Assembly: GCA_951804945.1 (NCBI GenBank)
Contig: OX638150.1
Span: 42,966,001-43,030,000 of the forward strand
Reading direction: 5' to 3'
Length of the DNA: 64,000 bases
From: Podarcis cretensis
Taxonomy: Eukaryota
Each line of letters starts with the position of its first letter. Within the stretch, counting starts at the first letter, position 1. The notes under the pieces were generated by a model that worked only from the letters and a program-made list of their open reading frames with translations, ran no database searches and was not told where the DNA came from. This document shows positions 12,649 to 27,300 of this stretch, one piece after another. The position numbers and the translations under genes were made by a program.

Positions 12649-14201
12649 CCAGGCCTTTCCAACCTCAGTCCGTCTACTGCTTTTCTCTGCCTGGACTTTA
12701 GAGCTGCTACTTGTTAGGTTGCTGGCCCAAGTTGGATACATGGAACCCTACCAAAATGGGTGGCTTGCGTAGATGGGTCTGTTAAGCAGGGGGGGGTTAC
12801 ATCTTGTACTGGACCAGCGTTATCTCTGGCTGGATCAGAGCCACACAGGAGTCTTGTGCATAGTTCTGATGCCTGTTCTAAGGAGACTACTTTTTTTTTT
12901 TGGGGGGGGGTTGTTGACAGATGCTCTGGAAACTGCCAAATCCCATGATAATTTAGAGGCTCAGAGTTGCCATAGTGACACTGCCCTACATGCGGCCTGT
13001 GTGCGCTCGTCTGGGCTCCTGCATGCTCTGTCTGCCTCCAGCCACCACCTGAATGTTGGTCCACCACCACATCAATGAAGGGTCTCTCTTTCTGGCTCCT
13101 GCTTGCCTGGGGAATGGGGCCCAGGCCTTCTTTGGTTCTGTTTCCCTGGGTGCCCTGGTTTCTTGTTTCCCTGGGTGCCCCTGTTTATATTTATACATAC
13201 TTATACATATATATATAGATATATATATATATCTTGGAGCTATTTAATGATTTTTCAATTATTTGTATATAAAAAGGAACAAATTGCATTTGGAACAGTG
13301 GGGCAGGGTGAATTTGTATATGGAGATAGGCATGGTGGGGGGAGGGTAGCACAGAACAAGGTGTGTGTGTGTGGATGGATGTTTCCTCCTTTGGCGTTTT
13401 GTCTTTCTTCCTTCCCCGCTTCCCCTTTGGGCTTTTTTTTCCTGCTCCCTTGTTCACAAGGGCTATTTGGTGTAGGGATGGGCAAGGGCTGTTTACATGT
13501 AATAACCTTTTAGCAGGCATTTTGGGGGGTGGCAGGGAGCCTGTGAATTTGGCAAGCTTCAGCTGGCCATTCTCATTCAAAATATTTGGAAGCTGGGAGT
13601 TGCTGTAGTCACAGAGCAGGCCTCTGTGGATCCTGAACTGAGCTGCCAAATGGAAAAAGCAAACTCCTACCTGCTCTAGGAAGAGAGCAGGCTCCAGCCT
13701 CTTCCCTCCTTCCTTCCTTACCAGTTTAGAGCTGCACCTCCGGGCTGTAGCAGGCAGTGAATGTAGGCTGCTCCTTCAGTTGTCCTCCCCAAGAGCCAGA
13801 GGAGGCCTGGGCACTGAGGGGCTTCTACCCTCTTTTCTTTCTCTTCTCCCCCACCCCCTACCCGGCCCGCTTGCTGTTTGGGTCTTTTCCTCCGCCTCCT
13901 GCTCTTTTGGGGTAGCAGTTGCTCTCGAGGCAGTGCAGGAGGGAGCTGGGGGAAGCCAATCCTGTTCAGCTTGGGGTTCTGTCTTGTTCAACTTTATTCC
14001 AGGTCTCTCGTGGCTGCTTGTTGATGACCGAATGTCATGTAGGTGTTTGGGGATACAGTATAGTGCAGGGTTGGTGTTAAAAAAAAATTAAAAGGGCAGG
14101 TGGGAACTTTGTCCCTGGCTGCTTAATAAAGTAACTTAAATGAACTCTTTGCTGGTCATTACTTGGTGTACTTCCATCCCACACAGAGTGGGGTGAATAA
14201 A
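12649..14201 (+). other. CAMSAP3: CAMSAP3 3' UTR with polyadenylation signals
   Basis: Follows the TAG at 12646-12648. AATAAA at 14125-14130 and 14196-14201; (TA)n tract at about 13196-13232. Confidence 0.65.
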
Positions 14202-14956
14202 AGATACTGGAGGCAGATTGTGTCTCTGGTTTTGAAAGCCTGCCTTTCCTTTCTCTCTATAATAGGCTTTATGTTGCAAGTGTCTGCCTTTAGCTTTAGC
14301 CTGTGCCCATTACTCAGCTGTTTTGGATAGCGGCGCAGAGGCACAGGCAAGCTAGGAGTCTAGCCATTTTAAAGCTTTTTTTGTCAGATGTTTGTGCACT
14401 TGCTCCATGTTTAATGCAGGGTTAGAACTACTGGGGTGTGACCAGCTGCTGTTTCCTTGTTTGGGTTTAATTAAGCGTGGCTTCCTTGAAAGCAGTGAAG
14501 GTTTGGTAGGTGTTCAGCTGGTTGGTAGAAGGAAGTAAGGTCATTCTCCCTGTTCCACCCAGCTATTTGTTGGACTTGCCCCCATGAGCATGACCAAGCA
14601 GGACAGGAATATACTTAAGAACAGGACTTGGGAGAAACTGCTATAGCAGGAAAAACAAATTATATATTGGCATTCACGGAAGGTATGTGGTAACAACCTC
14701 ATCACTACTGCTTAACCCCCTTTCCTTAATGCTCATTGTTCCTAAACATCAAGAGCTTATTCACAAGTCTGTTTTAAGCTGCCAGGATCTTATGAAGTAA
14801 CTGTTGCCACAACAGTTAAGCTAGTGAGAGAGGATGAATTCTTATCAGCAGCACAGTTAAGGAAATTCCATTAGGAAGGTGGGGGTTAGGTTAAGCACTC
14901 CATTGTATTGAACATGGAACTGAAAGCAGTGTTTGACATAAATTGAAGAAGCCCCT

Positions 14957-14962
14957 TTTATT
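14957..14962 (-). terminator. Candidate XAB2 polyadenylation signal
   Basis: First canonical AATAAA seen on the minus strand downstream of the XAB2 stop (about 430 nt away). Confidence 0.5.
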
Positions 14963-15081
14963 ACACTTTTTAAGCTTAGGAGAGTTAGAGTTTCAGTAAT
15001 GAAAAGTATGCCAAACTAGCAGCTGGCAGGGCAGGTTACTTATTCATGTATACAGCAGCCGGCATTGTTGCCCACCTTTTC

Positions 15082-15215
15082 TCATAGAGCTGCAAGGGAC
15101 CCTGAGGATCATCCAGTCCAATCCCTTGCAATGCACAAATTTGTAGCTGTCCCTTATGGGGATTGAAACTGCAACCCTGGTGTTGCCAACACCATGCTGT
15201 AACCAACTGAGCTAG
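15082..15215 (-). mobile_element. tRNA-head / CR1-tail SINE
   Basis: Minus strand: tagctcagttggttacagc (A-box), gtttcaatcccc (B-box-like), then a CR1-type tail ggactggatgatcctcagggtcccttgcagctctatg. Confidence 0.6.
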
Positions 15216-15387
15216 TTTCCCATACAGACCTACACCAGACATTTGATAAAAAGATTTTATAAATAGCAACATGACAGAATAGAAAAGGATACTATCAAGG
15301 AAAACAAACAAATTACACCAAGCCCAGCTTCTACAGATACGACACCTGTAGCCCTAGTTCAAAAGCAGTTCATCCATCTGCAGCCGC

Positions 15388-18300
15388 TCAATCATCCTTA
15401 AGGCCTCCAAACACAGCGGAAGGAACACTCTTCTGCTCCAGCTGCACCTCTGTAGGAGAGAAGATTTGGGATAATCAATATAGAGCAAGAATAGTCAGAT
15501 GTCAAGCTTAGAGAAATGACTTAGCTGGGTTGAACCTCAGCATTTTAGCAACCATTGCTGATTTGTGCCAGAACTAAGCTGAACTCTCTTTTTTACATAA
15601 AAATATACTCTTAGTTTTGCCAAAAGTATCTTCAGCAATCCCCCTTTTTCGTGTGTGGAGACTTTTTAGAGACCTGGCAGATCAGAAACCCTTGCCTACT
15701 TTGTGCCTATTCGCTTCAAAAACTAGACCACACAGCACCGTCTCTTACTTACCGTCTGGCTCATTATCCTCACTCTCATCTCCATCATCCAAATCAATGT
15801 CTATCTCATCAGGATTAGCCTGTTTGGAGAGTTCAGCCAGCTCACTGCGGGAAGCATCACTCCTAGAAATGAGGAACAAGAAACCGGTGAATCGTACAGG
15901 AGCCAGCACAGCATTATTCACACAGTGACTGCCCCATGCCTATACTGCAGGAAACAGGTCCATCCTGAGAAGATCAAGCTGGCTTTACAGGTTCACATGT
16001 CTCTTCTCCACTGCAGGCTGCAACTGAAAGCCACTAGATAAGCTACACCAACTATTAGAACCTGCAGCGTTGACTCAACTCTACAGCTTCACTATCCGCA
16101 TGACCATAAATGCATTTGGCTTCACTGTAACAACCATCAAGGCAAAACAGAACAAAAATGCATAGTGAAGGGGCCACTGGAGATTAAGACATAAGTCACA
16201 CCATTGCTACACTCCTCCCTCTACCCTGATCTGCAAACTCTTAATCATGTTTTGTGTTAGTTTCAGGCTTTAGTCTAATGTCAAGATCTTAGACTTCTCA
16301 CCATAACGTTTAGCAGACAAGACTCCAGGATCACGTCACTTAACGAAAAGCCCAGCTTGGGTATGACAGTGTGTGCCTGCCACTACCCAAAGGAGCCACA
16401 AGTTTAATCATGATAAGAACTAGATTTCCACTACCTATCCAAATTGAGTGCATGTGGACACATACAGAATTTTAACACAGCAGATGGACAAACTGAGCAG
16501 TTGTTTAAAAATGTCTCTTCCCCCACCCAACAACCACAAAAAAAACCTTTGAAGTAGTGGAGACAGTAGACACAAGGCGGTTTCTGTGGCCCTGGCTATA
16601 CTTTTGTGCCTCTTCTACTACCCAAATTCCAGGGGGAAATATTTTTAAGACCTCTAACTAGAACATACATGCATTAAGATAAAAAGTAATGTACACTGCA
16701 CATTAAATAGATTCTGTTTACTGCCTAGTTTCTCATGGCAAGAACACTGCATGTTTTCCCATTTCCAGCAGCAGCCACCTTGTGCGGCCATCCCTACTTC
16801 TTCAACTCTCCAAGCTTATGACAAACAGCTTGGTTCTTGCCCAACGTGAAATATGACCCCTGGTGTATTCCATGCTGGGTGGTGACCTACAGCAAAGAGG
16901 TTAAGCAAATCTCCCTGGCCTGTAGTACACTCACCTGACAAACAGGATCTTCTCCTTAGCTTGGGGCTGATCTCGCTCCGCTTCAGCTGCCAACTGCTCC
17001 GCCCGCTGCTCTAACAGTTTCATGTCATCCATGCCACTCTGCCCAGGTGCCAAGTCAGACACTGAAACCGAAAGACAAGCAGAAGGGAAGGGCAGAGGAA
17101 GGGTTAAAACAGAACAGGAGATGTAGCAGCAGACACCCCTCTGTGTCAGGACCTGTGCAGGGGGCAGGGGCTGAGACCTACCCGTGCCCGTGGCATTGCT
17201 GTACACCTTCAGCATTTGAGAGGCCATGAAGTTGACTTGTGTGTTGTAGGTTGCTTGCACGCTTCGTTTAATGCGAAGCATCTCCCGGATAGTGTCTTCG
17301 TTCCCATGCCGGATCTCAAATTCCTTCCATGTCTGCCAGAAATTGGCAGTAGTCTGGCAGGAGAAGAAAAAGTGTTTTGAGGGGTGGGGTGGGAAATAAG
17401 GCAGTCACTGCGCAGTTCAACAGATCAAGCAGAACTTCTCCTTCCTGCTTCACTAGTCTTTCCCCTGAGCTCTGCTATGGGAAAAGCAACATGGAGGTGT
17501 GTCTGTGTACAGAGATGAGTTGTTCCTGTGCAGTGTATCTTCTGTACCAGAAATTAAAACCCTTGCATCTTTGCGATAAGTAAGTTGTTATAATAAATAA
17601 AAATAATTAAAAAATAAAAATAAAATAATAATAATAATAATAAACAACAACTAATGATGCCGATAGTTATCCTTGAACATAATGGAGAGCTAGCTTTTCT
17701 CACCTTCCCACACTAGGTCCTAAAAAGCCTTGCTCAGGCAGATGTATGACTAGTTCTTTAGTGTGTGGGAGAGATCACAGAATTGTAGAGTTGGAAGGGT
17801 CCCCGAGGGTCAACTAGTCCAACCTCCTGCAACGCAGGAATCGCAGCTAAAGAACCCCTGAGAGATGGCCATCCAACTTAATTAGAAACTTCTCACAAAG
17901 GAGAGCCCACCAGGTGACTTACTCGGGGATCACACATCTGCGAACAGTAGGAATAGATGGCCCGAGCTCGGTCTATTTCGCCCAGCTTGCACTCCATGTC
18001 GGCAAAACGCAGGCACATCTCCCGAGCGTGTTCATCTGTCAGCACCTGCAATGGGGATACGTGTTAAAATTGCACCCTAACCGTCAATGTTTCTAAAATG
18101 GCTAGCGAGTTAAAAACAAAAGCATCCAAACACATATTGCAAACTGAAAGGGACGCAATAAGAGCACAGCAGCAGAAAAAGACACAAGTTGAATTGATTT
18201 TAGCAGTCCTGTTGCACAATGACAAAGATTCGTGTGGACACCAAGTGAGCCTCCCCAAGGGCAGTCTTCCAAAAGCTGAGGATAGCAATCAAAGGGCCTG

Positions 18301-21300
18301 GCTCACTCTCAGCCCTGTTTCTGAAGTGGACCTCAGGGCACAAGCAGGTATCTCTGGGAAGTGGTCCCAAGCTGTATAGGGCTTTATAAAAAGGTAGCAC
18401 TCAACACTTTGCCCTGTGCTGAATAATAGCAAAACAGCATATTGCACAGTATCCTCATAGTTGTAATAGTGATTACAGAAGCTGTATTTGTATTTACCCC
18501 ATATCATATAAAGGAACACAATCCTATTCAGCCATTACCTAGCAGACTAGTTCCTCTCTAGGCGAGAGCAAGAGACTCATCCTGGAGTTTTAAACACAGC
18601 ATTATTTATTTGGAAAGAAGGAACTAACCTCAATAGCCTTCTCGTAGATGCTACGTGTGTGTGTGACCCCATAGATTTCAGCTGCTCTCTTGATGTAGAT
18701 ATTGTACATGTCATACTGCTCTGAAGGTTGCACAGCCTGAGTGGCCCTCTCATACACTGCCATGGCATGGCGTGCCAGCCCATATTCTTCCTCCAGTTTA
18801 GCATACAGCAGGTAGATAGCTGTGAACAGAGAAGAAATTAAAGCAAAACTACATTCCTCCCCCACCCCCAATCTTTGGGTCAACTCTTCTCACCAAGACA
18901 TTTTGGCCCTGTATGGACTATGTTAGTGACACTCCAGATACCATAGGAAAAGTTTTAAATAAGCACTGCCCCAAGGGAGAATTATTCAGATTGCCCTCTG
19001 ACACTGAAGAGGATGTGACAGATGTTCTCTCCATCTCAATGACTCCTGCTGGACAGGAACTTATCAGGCCTCAATACAGATTTGCTACCCAAAGGGGCAC
19101 CCTTCAGATGTTTTGAACTACAACTCCCATGATCCCAGACTACTGGCTAAGCCAGCCCAGTTGAGGCAGATGGGAACTGCAATCCACAACCTCTGGAGAA
19201 CACCACGATGGCAACCACTGGGTTATGGATGCAGATGCCCTGTGGCTCGCTTTGGGAGCAAGTCCTCTAGCTTTGGCTTTGCTGTTTCCTGTATCTCAGC
19301 TTCCGTTGCCCAGGAAAGCAGGACTGAGCTTTCGCCATTATCTGTCAGCTCCCACCCACCTATCTTGACCCACCCCCAGGCTTTTACTGGCTCTGCTCCC
19401 TTGCAACAGAGCAGAGCTCTGCTTACTTTTAGCGTATTTCTGGGGGCAGCCATCTAGAGCCTGTTCAAAGAGGTCCCGTGCACGCTCCAACTTCTTGCCA
19501 CCATAGCGGTCGGTGAATTTGGTAAGATAGGTGTTCCAAATGTCATACACGTTTGGCCACTTGAACAATGAGATGCCCCTCTCATACGCCTGCCGGATAG
19601 AAGGAATGGTAAGAAAAAGACAGCAAAAGCTTTCTTCTTGTTGGTATACTCTTGCCCTTATGAAAACCACCATACTGAGTCAGGTGATTGTGGTCTACAC
19701 CAGTACTATCTGCTCTGGCTGACAGCAGCAACCCAATATCTCCAAAACAGATAAATCTTTTTCCAGCTTTGCTACCTGTGCTCTTTAATCTGGAGATGCC
19801 AAGGAATGAATCATGGGACCCATTAGCTGAATCCTACCCTCCATGCTAATCTTTCCAAAGGTTACAGAGACATAGGATCTGCAGAGTTCCGCTCTGCTAC
19901 CTAAGAAGTACACCACACACTGTAGATATTTTGAGCCCAAGGTCCTCTCTCTCAAGCTCCACAGCTTGCAGCAGGCAGCTTTTACGATTCAATGGCTCCC
20001 AAACCAACCAGATGGGCAACTTCCCACTCCCCCAGCGGCTATGAGAGCAGACAGAGGTATTGATACGGCCAACTCACCTTGAAGCTCTCTTCAAAGTAGC
20101 TGTGCTCTTCCAGGAAGAGGCCATAGTTAATGATGATTTGTGGGGTTGCAATGCGCAGGTCCAGAATGCGGTCATACACGGCTTTAGTAGACTAGGGGCG
20201 GTGACATAAAGAAACTTCAATATTAGGCTGAACCACAAAGAGACAGCCGAGTTACAGAGACAGCTTGGGGCCCTCAGTCACTGTCCCTTCCCCAGCTATG
20301 CCCAGAGATATAGAGGGAGGAGATCAGGAGGGAGGAAACAAGTCCCTGTGGTCAATACAGGCCTTTTAATGCAGAGCTGGCAGGGCTGCTGCCCACAGCT
20401 GCTCAAGGCAAGCGGTAAACAAGGCTCCCTATTACCGTCAAAGGGAATCAGTAGGCCCCAGTTGGATTGTCAGAAAAGATGGGAGCAAGAACTGTAGTGC
20501 TTCTCACGCAGTGTACTACTTCACATGTAGTGTACTACTGCTGTGTGCTTCACATAGTGTTTTATTTATCGATTAAATCTGTCAACTACTTTATCTTGTC
20601 CAAGGCAATCCACAGCGACTTGCAACCAAACAGACAATAAACCTCACATAGATACATTAAAACCAAGAGAAAAGGGAAATGCATTAAAAATATCCCAGCC
20701 ACTTCTAAAAGGCTAGCTAGAAATAATCATGAATAAAAGGGGGAAACACTGAAGGCAGGAAAGAAGTCAGGAGAGCACAGATAAATATGCTGAAAGAAGC
20801 TATGGGTACAAAAACCCACTCAGTTTCTTGAAGTAGAGACTTCGCTTCAGGGAGCGGGAAGTCAGGGGCTTGAGTTGTGCAAGGCTGCTCTGCTACTGAC
20901 TTACAACAGCTCCATGTAACAGAGCCAGTTCTCTGGGCCCTAATGTTACTCCCTAGACAGGCACAGGAAGCAGTTGATGGAGCATGACAGCCCCCCTCTC
21001 CGTGCCTCAGCATCATACTATTTCAAAGCCAAAGCCATGGTGAAAGGGGAGGAGAGGAGGGTACAGTCTCTAGAATAGCTTAAAGATGACTAGGAAACAG
21101 TGAGGGTCTGTCGTTTTGGGTGGTTCAGAAGATCTCCAAGTATAGCATTAGCTAGCAAACCAAGAAGTACACGGAATACCTAACCACTGATTTTGTGCCA
21201 CTCAAAAGCCAAGGAATGCCAATTCAAAAACCAGCTCATTTGTGCCTAGCTAAAGCTTTTTTTAAAAAAGAAAAGAAAAGAAAAGAAAAGATGACTTTTG

Positions 21301-24300
21301 GGAGGGCTGATGAAGTGGCAAAAAGTCATTCACTTTCTGCACAGCTTGTCCCAGTGGTTAATCTTTTTGCCTGCTAAACTGGAGCCACGTTTCTAATTTG
21401 TCTTTAGTCTAATTCCCAGATGTTGACCCTTATTCTGTCTCTCCCTGCTAGTTCAAGGACACATTTACTGCCCACAGTACTTGCTTCCTTGGATACTTCT
21501 CAGACACTTCTGGACAGAAGGCGATTAAAGCTGATTGAATAATACTTAAAACAGCCAGAGAAAAGTGCCATGATAGGAAAGAAGAACAGAAACCCAAAGC
21601 TAATGCTTTTCGTGTCTGGATGAGGCAGGCTTCTATGGCTGCTCCAGACAGGAAAAGTTGGCGCTTGCCCTTTCCACAACTCCAGAAGGCTCTGGCAGAC
21701 AATGGAGGCCAGGAAAAGCCACTTACCTTGAAGGTTCCAAGACTTTCTTCCAGGTCAGCCAACATTGACCAAACCTTGAGGGACTTGTAGACACGGTTCT
21801 GCACAGGTTCTGAGGAATCAAAATACTCTGCTTTCTTAGCTGGGATGGCTGTGGCTTTCTGAAGGAACAAGAGAAAACATGATTAAGGGTAGAATTCACA
21901 TAGCACTAAGTAGGGTATGCACATGGGGAACAAGGCCTGCTCAAGCAAGAAGATGTCCCCCGTTCTCCCCGTGTGCCCTCTAAACCTGTTCTGAGGGTCC
22001 TCTAACTTCCAGAGCAGAATTTCTTTTTGGGGTTTGTGTGTGCGTGCGCGCGTGTGCGTGCGTGCGTGCAGAGGAATCCTGTTGTGAGAACAGACCTCGC
22101 TTTGCGCTTGCAACAACTTGGTTGAATCCCACCCTTAGAATGTATCTCTCTCTTTAGATATAAATTATCTCTGCAGACAGGAAACTGGGTGGCCTCACAT
22201 TGTTAGAAATACAAAAGCTTAGGAATCTTGGTTTCCTGCTTTCTTATTTAGCCACACCGCACCATTCAGCTAATAACGGTGCTTCCCTGTGATTCAACCA
22301 CTAGAGCTCCAACTCCATTCAGGGTGATGTGGACAGAAGAAAGGAGTCTTGTTTTTGATTGCATGACTATACGCCCTTAACTCCGAAGTAATCGTCTGGG
22401 AACCCAAAAAGCAACACTTCTGGATTATCAGATGCCTGCCACCCTGTTTCTGTTCACCCGCAGGATGCGCAGCGCTTGGTCATAGTTCTCGTGCCGCAAC
22501 TCCATCTCGCCATATTCGCACCACACGCTGGCCAGCTCATCCACTTGCTTGAAGTTGACCTTGGTAGCCTTTTCAAAAATGGTTCTGGCCTGGGAACAAG
22601 TAAGGTAGGCAAGGTGAGGGGGAAAGCAGGGCCAGAAAGAGCCCCCAGTTTCAGCATCTCCTCTCCTTGGACTAGGCTATGTGGTGGGGCAGGTCATCTG
22701 AGTAATGCTGCATCACCAAGGATGGTGGCTTCCCGGAGTTTGGGTTAGGTTGATTGAATACAGTGGTGCCCCGCAAGACGAATGCCTCGCAAGACGAAAA
22801 ACCCGCTAGACGAAAGGGTTTTCCGTTTTGGAGGTGCTTCGCAAGACGAATTTCCCTATGGGCTTGCTTCACAAGACGAAAATGTCTTGCGAGTTTTTCC
22901 GACTTTTTTCCCCTCCCCCCTTTTTCTAAGCCGCTAATCCGCTAATAGCGCTAATCCGCTAAGCCGTCAATGGGCTTGCTTCGCAAGACGAAAAAACCGC
23001 TATACGAAGAGCCTCACGGAACGGATTCTTTTCGTCTTGCGAGGCACCACTGTATAAGACTCGCTCACCACAACAAAAATTCCTGAATCAATTTACAAGA
23101 AGAATGAAACACAGTAACAAAAATGCATGGAGTTAAGCCTGAGGCAGCTGTGGTGAAGGGCATTTGCAACACAGAACCCGAGTCTCTGTTGTGCTTCTGG
23201 GCAGCAGCTAGGAAAGTAAGGCAGGAAACATTTTGAAAGGCAAGGACGGAGCAGCGTCAGCCTCCCAAACCCATGCATCACTCACGTCTTCGATCTGTCC
23301 ATTGACCTCGTAGAATTTGGCAAAAGAAACCCAGAGCGTATGTGTCTTTCCGGTGGCTTTAAAGGGGTCGACAGTCTGCACCGCTTCTGTGTATGTGTTG
23401 ATGATCTGGAGGAAGCAGGGAGAGAGGTAGAGGAAAAGAAAAGATTGAGCTCTGGCAGGTTCCTAGGTTCTTTCCTTCCTGTACGGTTTGGTGGCTGTAG
23501 CTGCGAAGCACAACACAGAGGAAGTGAGAAGTGCCAACTAGTACAATCCCAATGAAGTTTTTATTCTGGAAAACAGCCTGCTTCTCAGCAGATCTAGAAG
23601 GCCACTAGATGGTGACAAGTGGGAGAACTGGCTCTCCATTTCCAGCTCAGCCCTGCCTTCCAGGCAGCAGCTTAATTAGACCAGCATGAGTACCCTTCTG
23701 AGCAAATGTGGAAACTCCAATGTGCTGAGCACCCATTAGTAGACAGAAGCTTTTTGAAACTTCATGAAATTTGCTTGGGGTGGAGGGAGCCCCAGTGGAC
23801 GAAATGCTGTGTCAACTTCCACCAGTGACACGACCAACGTTGGGTGGCAGCAACTCCTTGGAGGGTATTCAGATTCAGCTCCATACCCAAAACTTCACCA
23901 TTCATCACTGATGCTGCAACCAAGTGTTTAATAGAAGGGGAACATGCTAGCCTGAAAGTTCAGCAGCTCCCTCGTTCCCAGCGCTGGGTCTGCTCATGCG
24001 ATCCCTACTGTGGGGATTTCCTTACCTCGCGAGGTTTGCCTTCATACAGCTTCACCCGCTTGTGCCACTCGTGGACGTTGTGAGGATTCTGGCGCAAGAG
24101 GACACTGTTAAGAAGCAAGGGCCGGCGTGTGATCAGCTGCTCAAAGCGAGCCAGGCGCAGCTCCAGGTCCACGTCATCTGTTTCCCCAGGGGGGCAAAAG
24201 AGCAGGAATGAGAGATGGTGCAGGAAGGCAGCTACTTGCAGCTGAAATCCCCCCCCCCTATTTTCTCACCTACACATTCCATACCTATAGCTATGCCCTG

Positions 24301-27300
24301 GGTTCCTTTGGGAGGAAGAGCAGGATTTTATATGAAAATCTATATATCTATATATTCCTCAAGTTCCAAAGGATGTCCACAAAATGCAAGGATACTGAAT
24401 TAAGAATTGCTGGGTCCACATCCAATGGCCAAAGAAGAGGGAAGCTCTTTTAACATAAGGCTTTATCAATGATGCCACCCCAGGGAGAAACGTCCATCAC
24501 AACTTGAAAAAGTTTAGGGAGAACTGAGACATCCTCAGGAGTCTCAACAACTCTGGCATGCATTCTCCTAGATGCAGTCTGGAGAAGAATTTCTTCTCTT
24601 CCAAAAGGGAAGGAGGAGCAGCACCTGCTTCTTGCCACCTGCGCTGCTCTTACCCTCCTCCTCACGTCCCATCTCAGAGCTGGTCTCCATCTTGGCAGCG
24701 ATCATGCTCTCCTCAAATTGGGCGTAGCTGTCAAACACCTGAGTGAAATCCCGCACTGTCATCACAGTCTGTATGGCTTCTTCGTAGACATCGCGAGCCT
24801 AAGACAGAGAGGGTGAAGGGATTACTGTTCCAGTCTGCAAAGCAATGCCTGTGGTCTCTGTTCCCACGACCAGCTACCAAGCAGCTTCGACTTCTCTAAT
24901 GGTTTTCATGGGAAATGCTCTTAAGAAAGCACAGATCACCACTCAAGACGTAACTACTTATATGGAACTCAAAGCTTTTTCTTATTGTGGGAGGAAACGG
25001 TGGGACAAGAGGAACTGCCTCTGGGATGAAAATGATCTACAAAGAGGTTATTTGGAACAGGCAACATAAACTTCCTATGCCAAGAAAGAGCAGGTACCCG
25101 CAACTCAGTCCAAAGTGACAACTGCATTCTAACAGCTTTCAGAACTCAACCCTATATGTAACTGGGATGTTGAGGCCGGGGGAAATCACACACTAGGTTG
25201 CCCATCAAATCCAAAGTCTATTGGCTAAATCGGTAGTTTTCAACCTGGGGTGCCTTGAATGATGGTCAGGGTACCACGGGCAACACTGGCCTCTATCTCT
25301 CTTTCCTTCCCTCCCTCCTGATGCCCTCTTGTGTCTCTGCCTCCCAAAGGCTTGCACAGCTGTTTGTTGCAGCAGTCCTTGCTACAAGCTCCTCAGGCGA
25401 ATGGTGCCTCTGGGGCCAGCCAGGGGTTGCTTCCCAGGCCCCTGTGGGGCAGTTTGAGGAGGCATCTCTCTTGGGGGGGGGCAACTCAGAGACCAGGGGC
25501 GGCAGCTGCAGCTGCCCAGGGGAGAGGAGAGGAGGCTGAAGGAACACTCCACAAGGGAGGGTTTCAAAAAAGGGTGAGAGGCTGCCACATCTGCAGGCAA
25601 GGGGTGACATCTGGGCTCCTGAGCCCCACAGGGGTGCTGCGGAAAGAATGCAGTTGGTCAAGGGAGCCGTGGACTCAAAAAGGTTGAAAACCTCTGGGCT
25701 AAATGCCTTTGCCTTTGATTCTAATTTGAGGAGGAATCAAGTTACAGGATCACCCAGAAGTTTAAACCTGAACAACTGAGGGCTTGTTCAGATGTCCCAA
25801 AGGAGGAAACACGTTATTGAGTACTAATTCTCAGTCTCCTCCAGCTGTCCATACATCACATTTTTTTCACCGGTTTGCTGACCTCGGTACCAATTAAAAA
25901 AGCAAACAAACAATGATTTCTAAAAATCTACTCAGCATGACATTAAGACATTAAAATCCTGCTTGTTATGTACAGTCACCCCAGAAAGCAGTAGGATTCT
26001 TATTTGTTTTCCCTAGTGACTTTTCACAAACTTGGAACACTTCATGTATTATGAGACACTATGAATTCTTCTGATGGGGAGAGAGCAGAACAGAAATAAA
26101 AGAAGAAAATCATAGGAGATACTCCCACTATCCTTTGTCCCTCCTCTATGCTAGGTAATTTTCCTCTACTGCCAATCTTCCAGATTCTTCCATTTCCGTT
26201 TTTGTTTGGTGGCTTGTAAGGATTTCTGTTGGTTATTTTGCTGACTGTTCCTTATCTGATCCCTACAAGCTCAGTAAACGCCTTATTTAAAAGAGTGAAT
26301 TAGGAGAAGAGTGGAGACAGACAATAGCTCTTTTTAAGTGAGTTCAAAGTGATCTAAAAGAGGCTTCCCTTCTGGTGAAAAAGGTTTTCAGAACAATAGA
26401 AACACCTATAAAGTCTGCTTAGTAGGGGTACATGTGGGTGGCACGTATTTACCATTACAGTGGTGCCCCGCAAGACGAACGCCTCGCAAGATGGAAAACC
26501 CGCTAGACGAAAGGGTTTTCCGTTTTGGAGGCGCTTCGCAAAACGAATTTCCCTATGGGCTTGCTTCGCAAGACGAAAATGTCTTGCGAGTTCCTGCGGG
26601 GTTTTTTCCCTTTCCCCCCCCCTTTTCCTAAGCCGCTAAACCGCTAATAGCGCTAATCCGCTAAGCTGTCAATGGGCTTGCTTCGCAAGACGAAAAAACC
26701 ACTATACGAAGAGCCTCACGGAACAGATTAATTTCGTCTTGCGAGGCACCACTGTACTAGCAGACTTTTGTTCAAACTGTCTTCAGCCCTTCATAAAAAT
26801 TAATGTCTGTCTCGAACCCAAGATTTTCACCAAATAAAGGTGAAGTCTTGCTCAGACCAGATGAATAAGGAATTTAAGAGGAAATAGCTGAAAGACTTGA
26901 ACGTTACACTCTGTGCCATTTTGAAGTTCCCCCTGGAATTGGGATATGACTCCAGCCAGGTCCCTGCATCACAGCACAAACCCTCAGGCCCAGTGACTAC
27001 CTTCTCAAAATGCCCACTGCGGATGTAGTAGTCTGCCAAGGAACACCACAGCTTGCCCAGCTGGTCGGTGAAGCGAGTCAGGCCGCCCCGGATTATGGCC
27101 CCCACATTGAGCGACTTCACCTTGTCCGGATTCTGCGAGATGAGGTCACAGAGCTCGTGCCACAGCTGCAACGGAGAGGACAAGGTGTCAGAGAGATCTT
27201 GGCAATGCTGAGAGGCAGGAAAAGCATCAAGTGTACAGGTTGTTCTGCAGCAGGCATCTTTGGATGAAGGAGAAGAGAGATCCTCCACATAATTTTGGAG

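Noticed and set aside
22761-23052. Regularly recurring CGCAAGACGAA units resembling a CRISPR array
   Set aside because: The units are short, occur in both orientations, are bounded by TIRs and a TA TSD, and the whole block is present three times in a vertebrate genome. It is a MITE.
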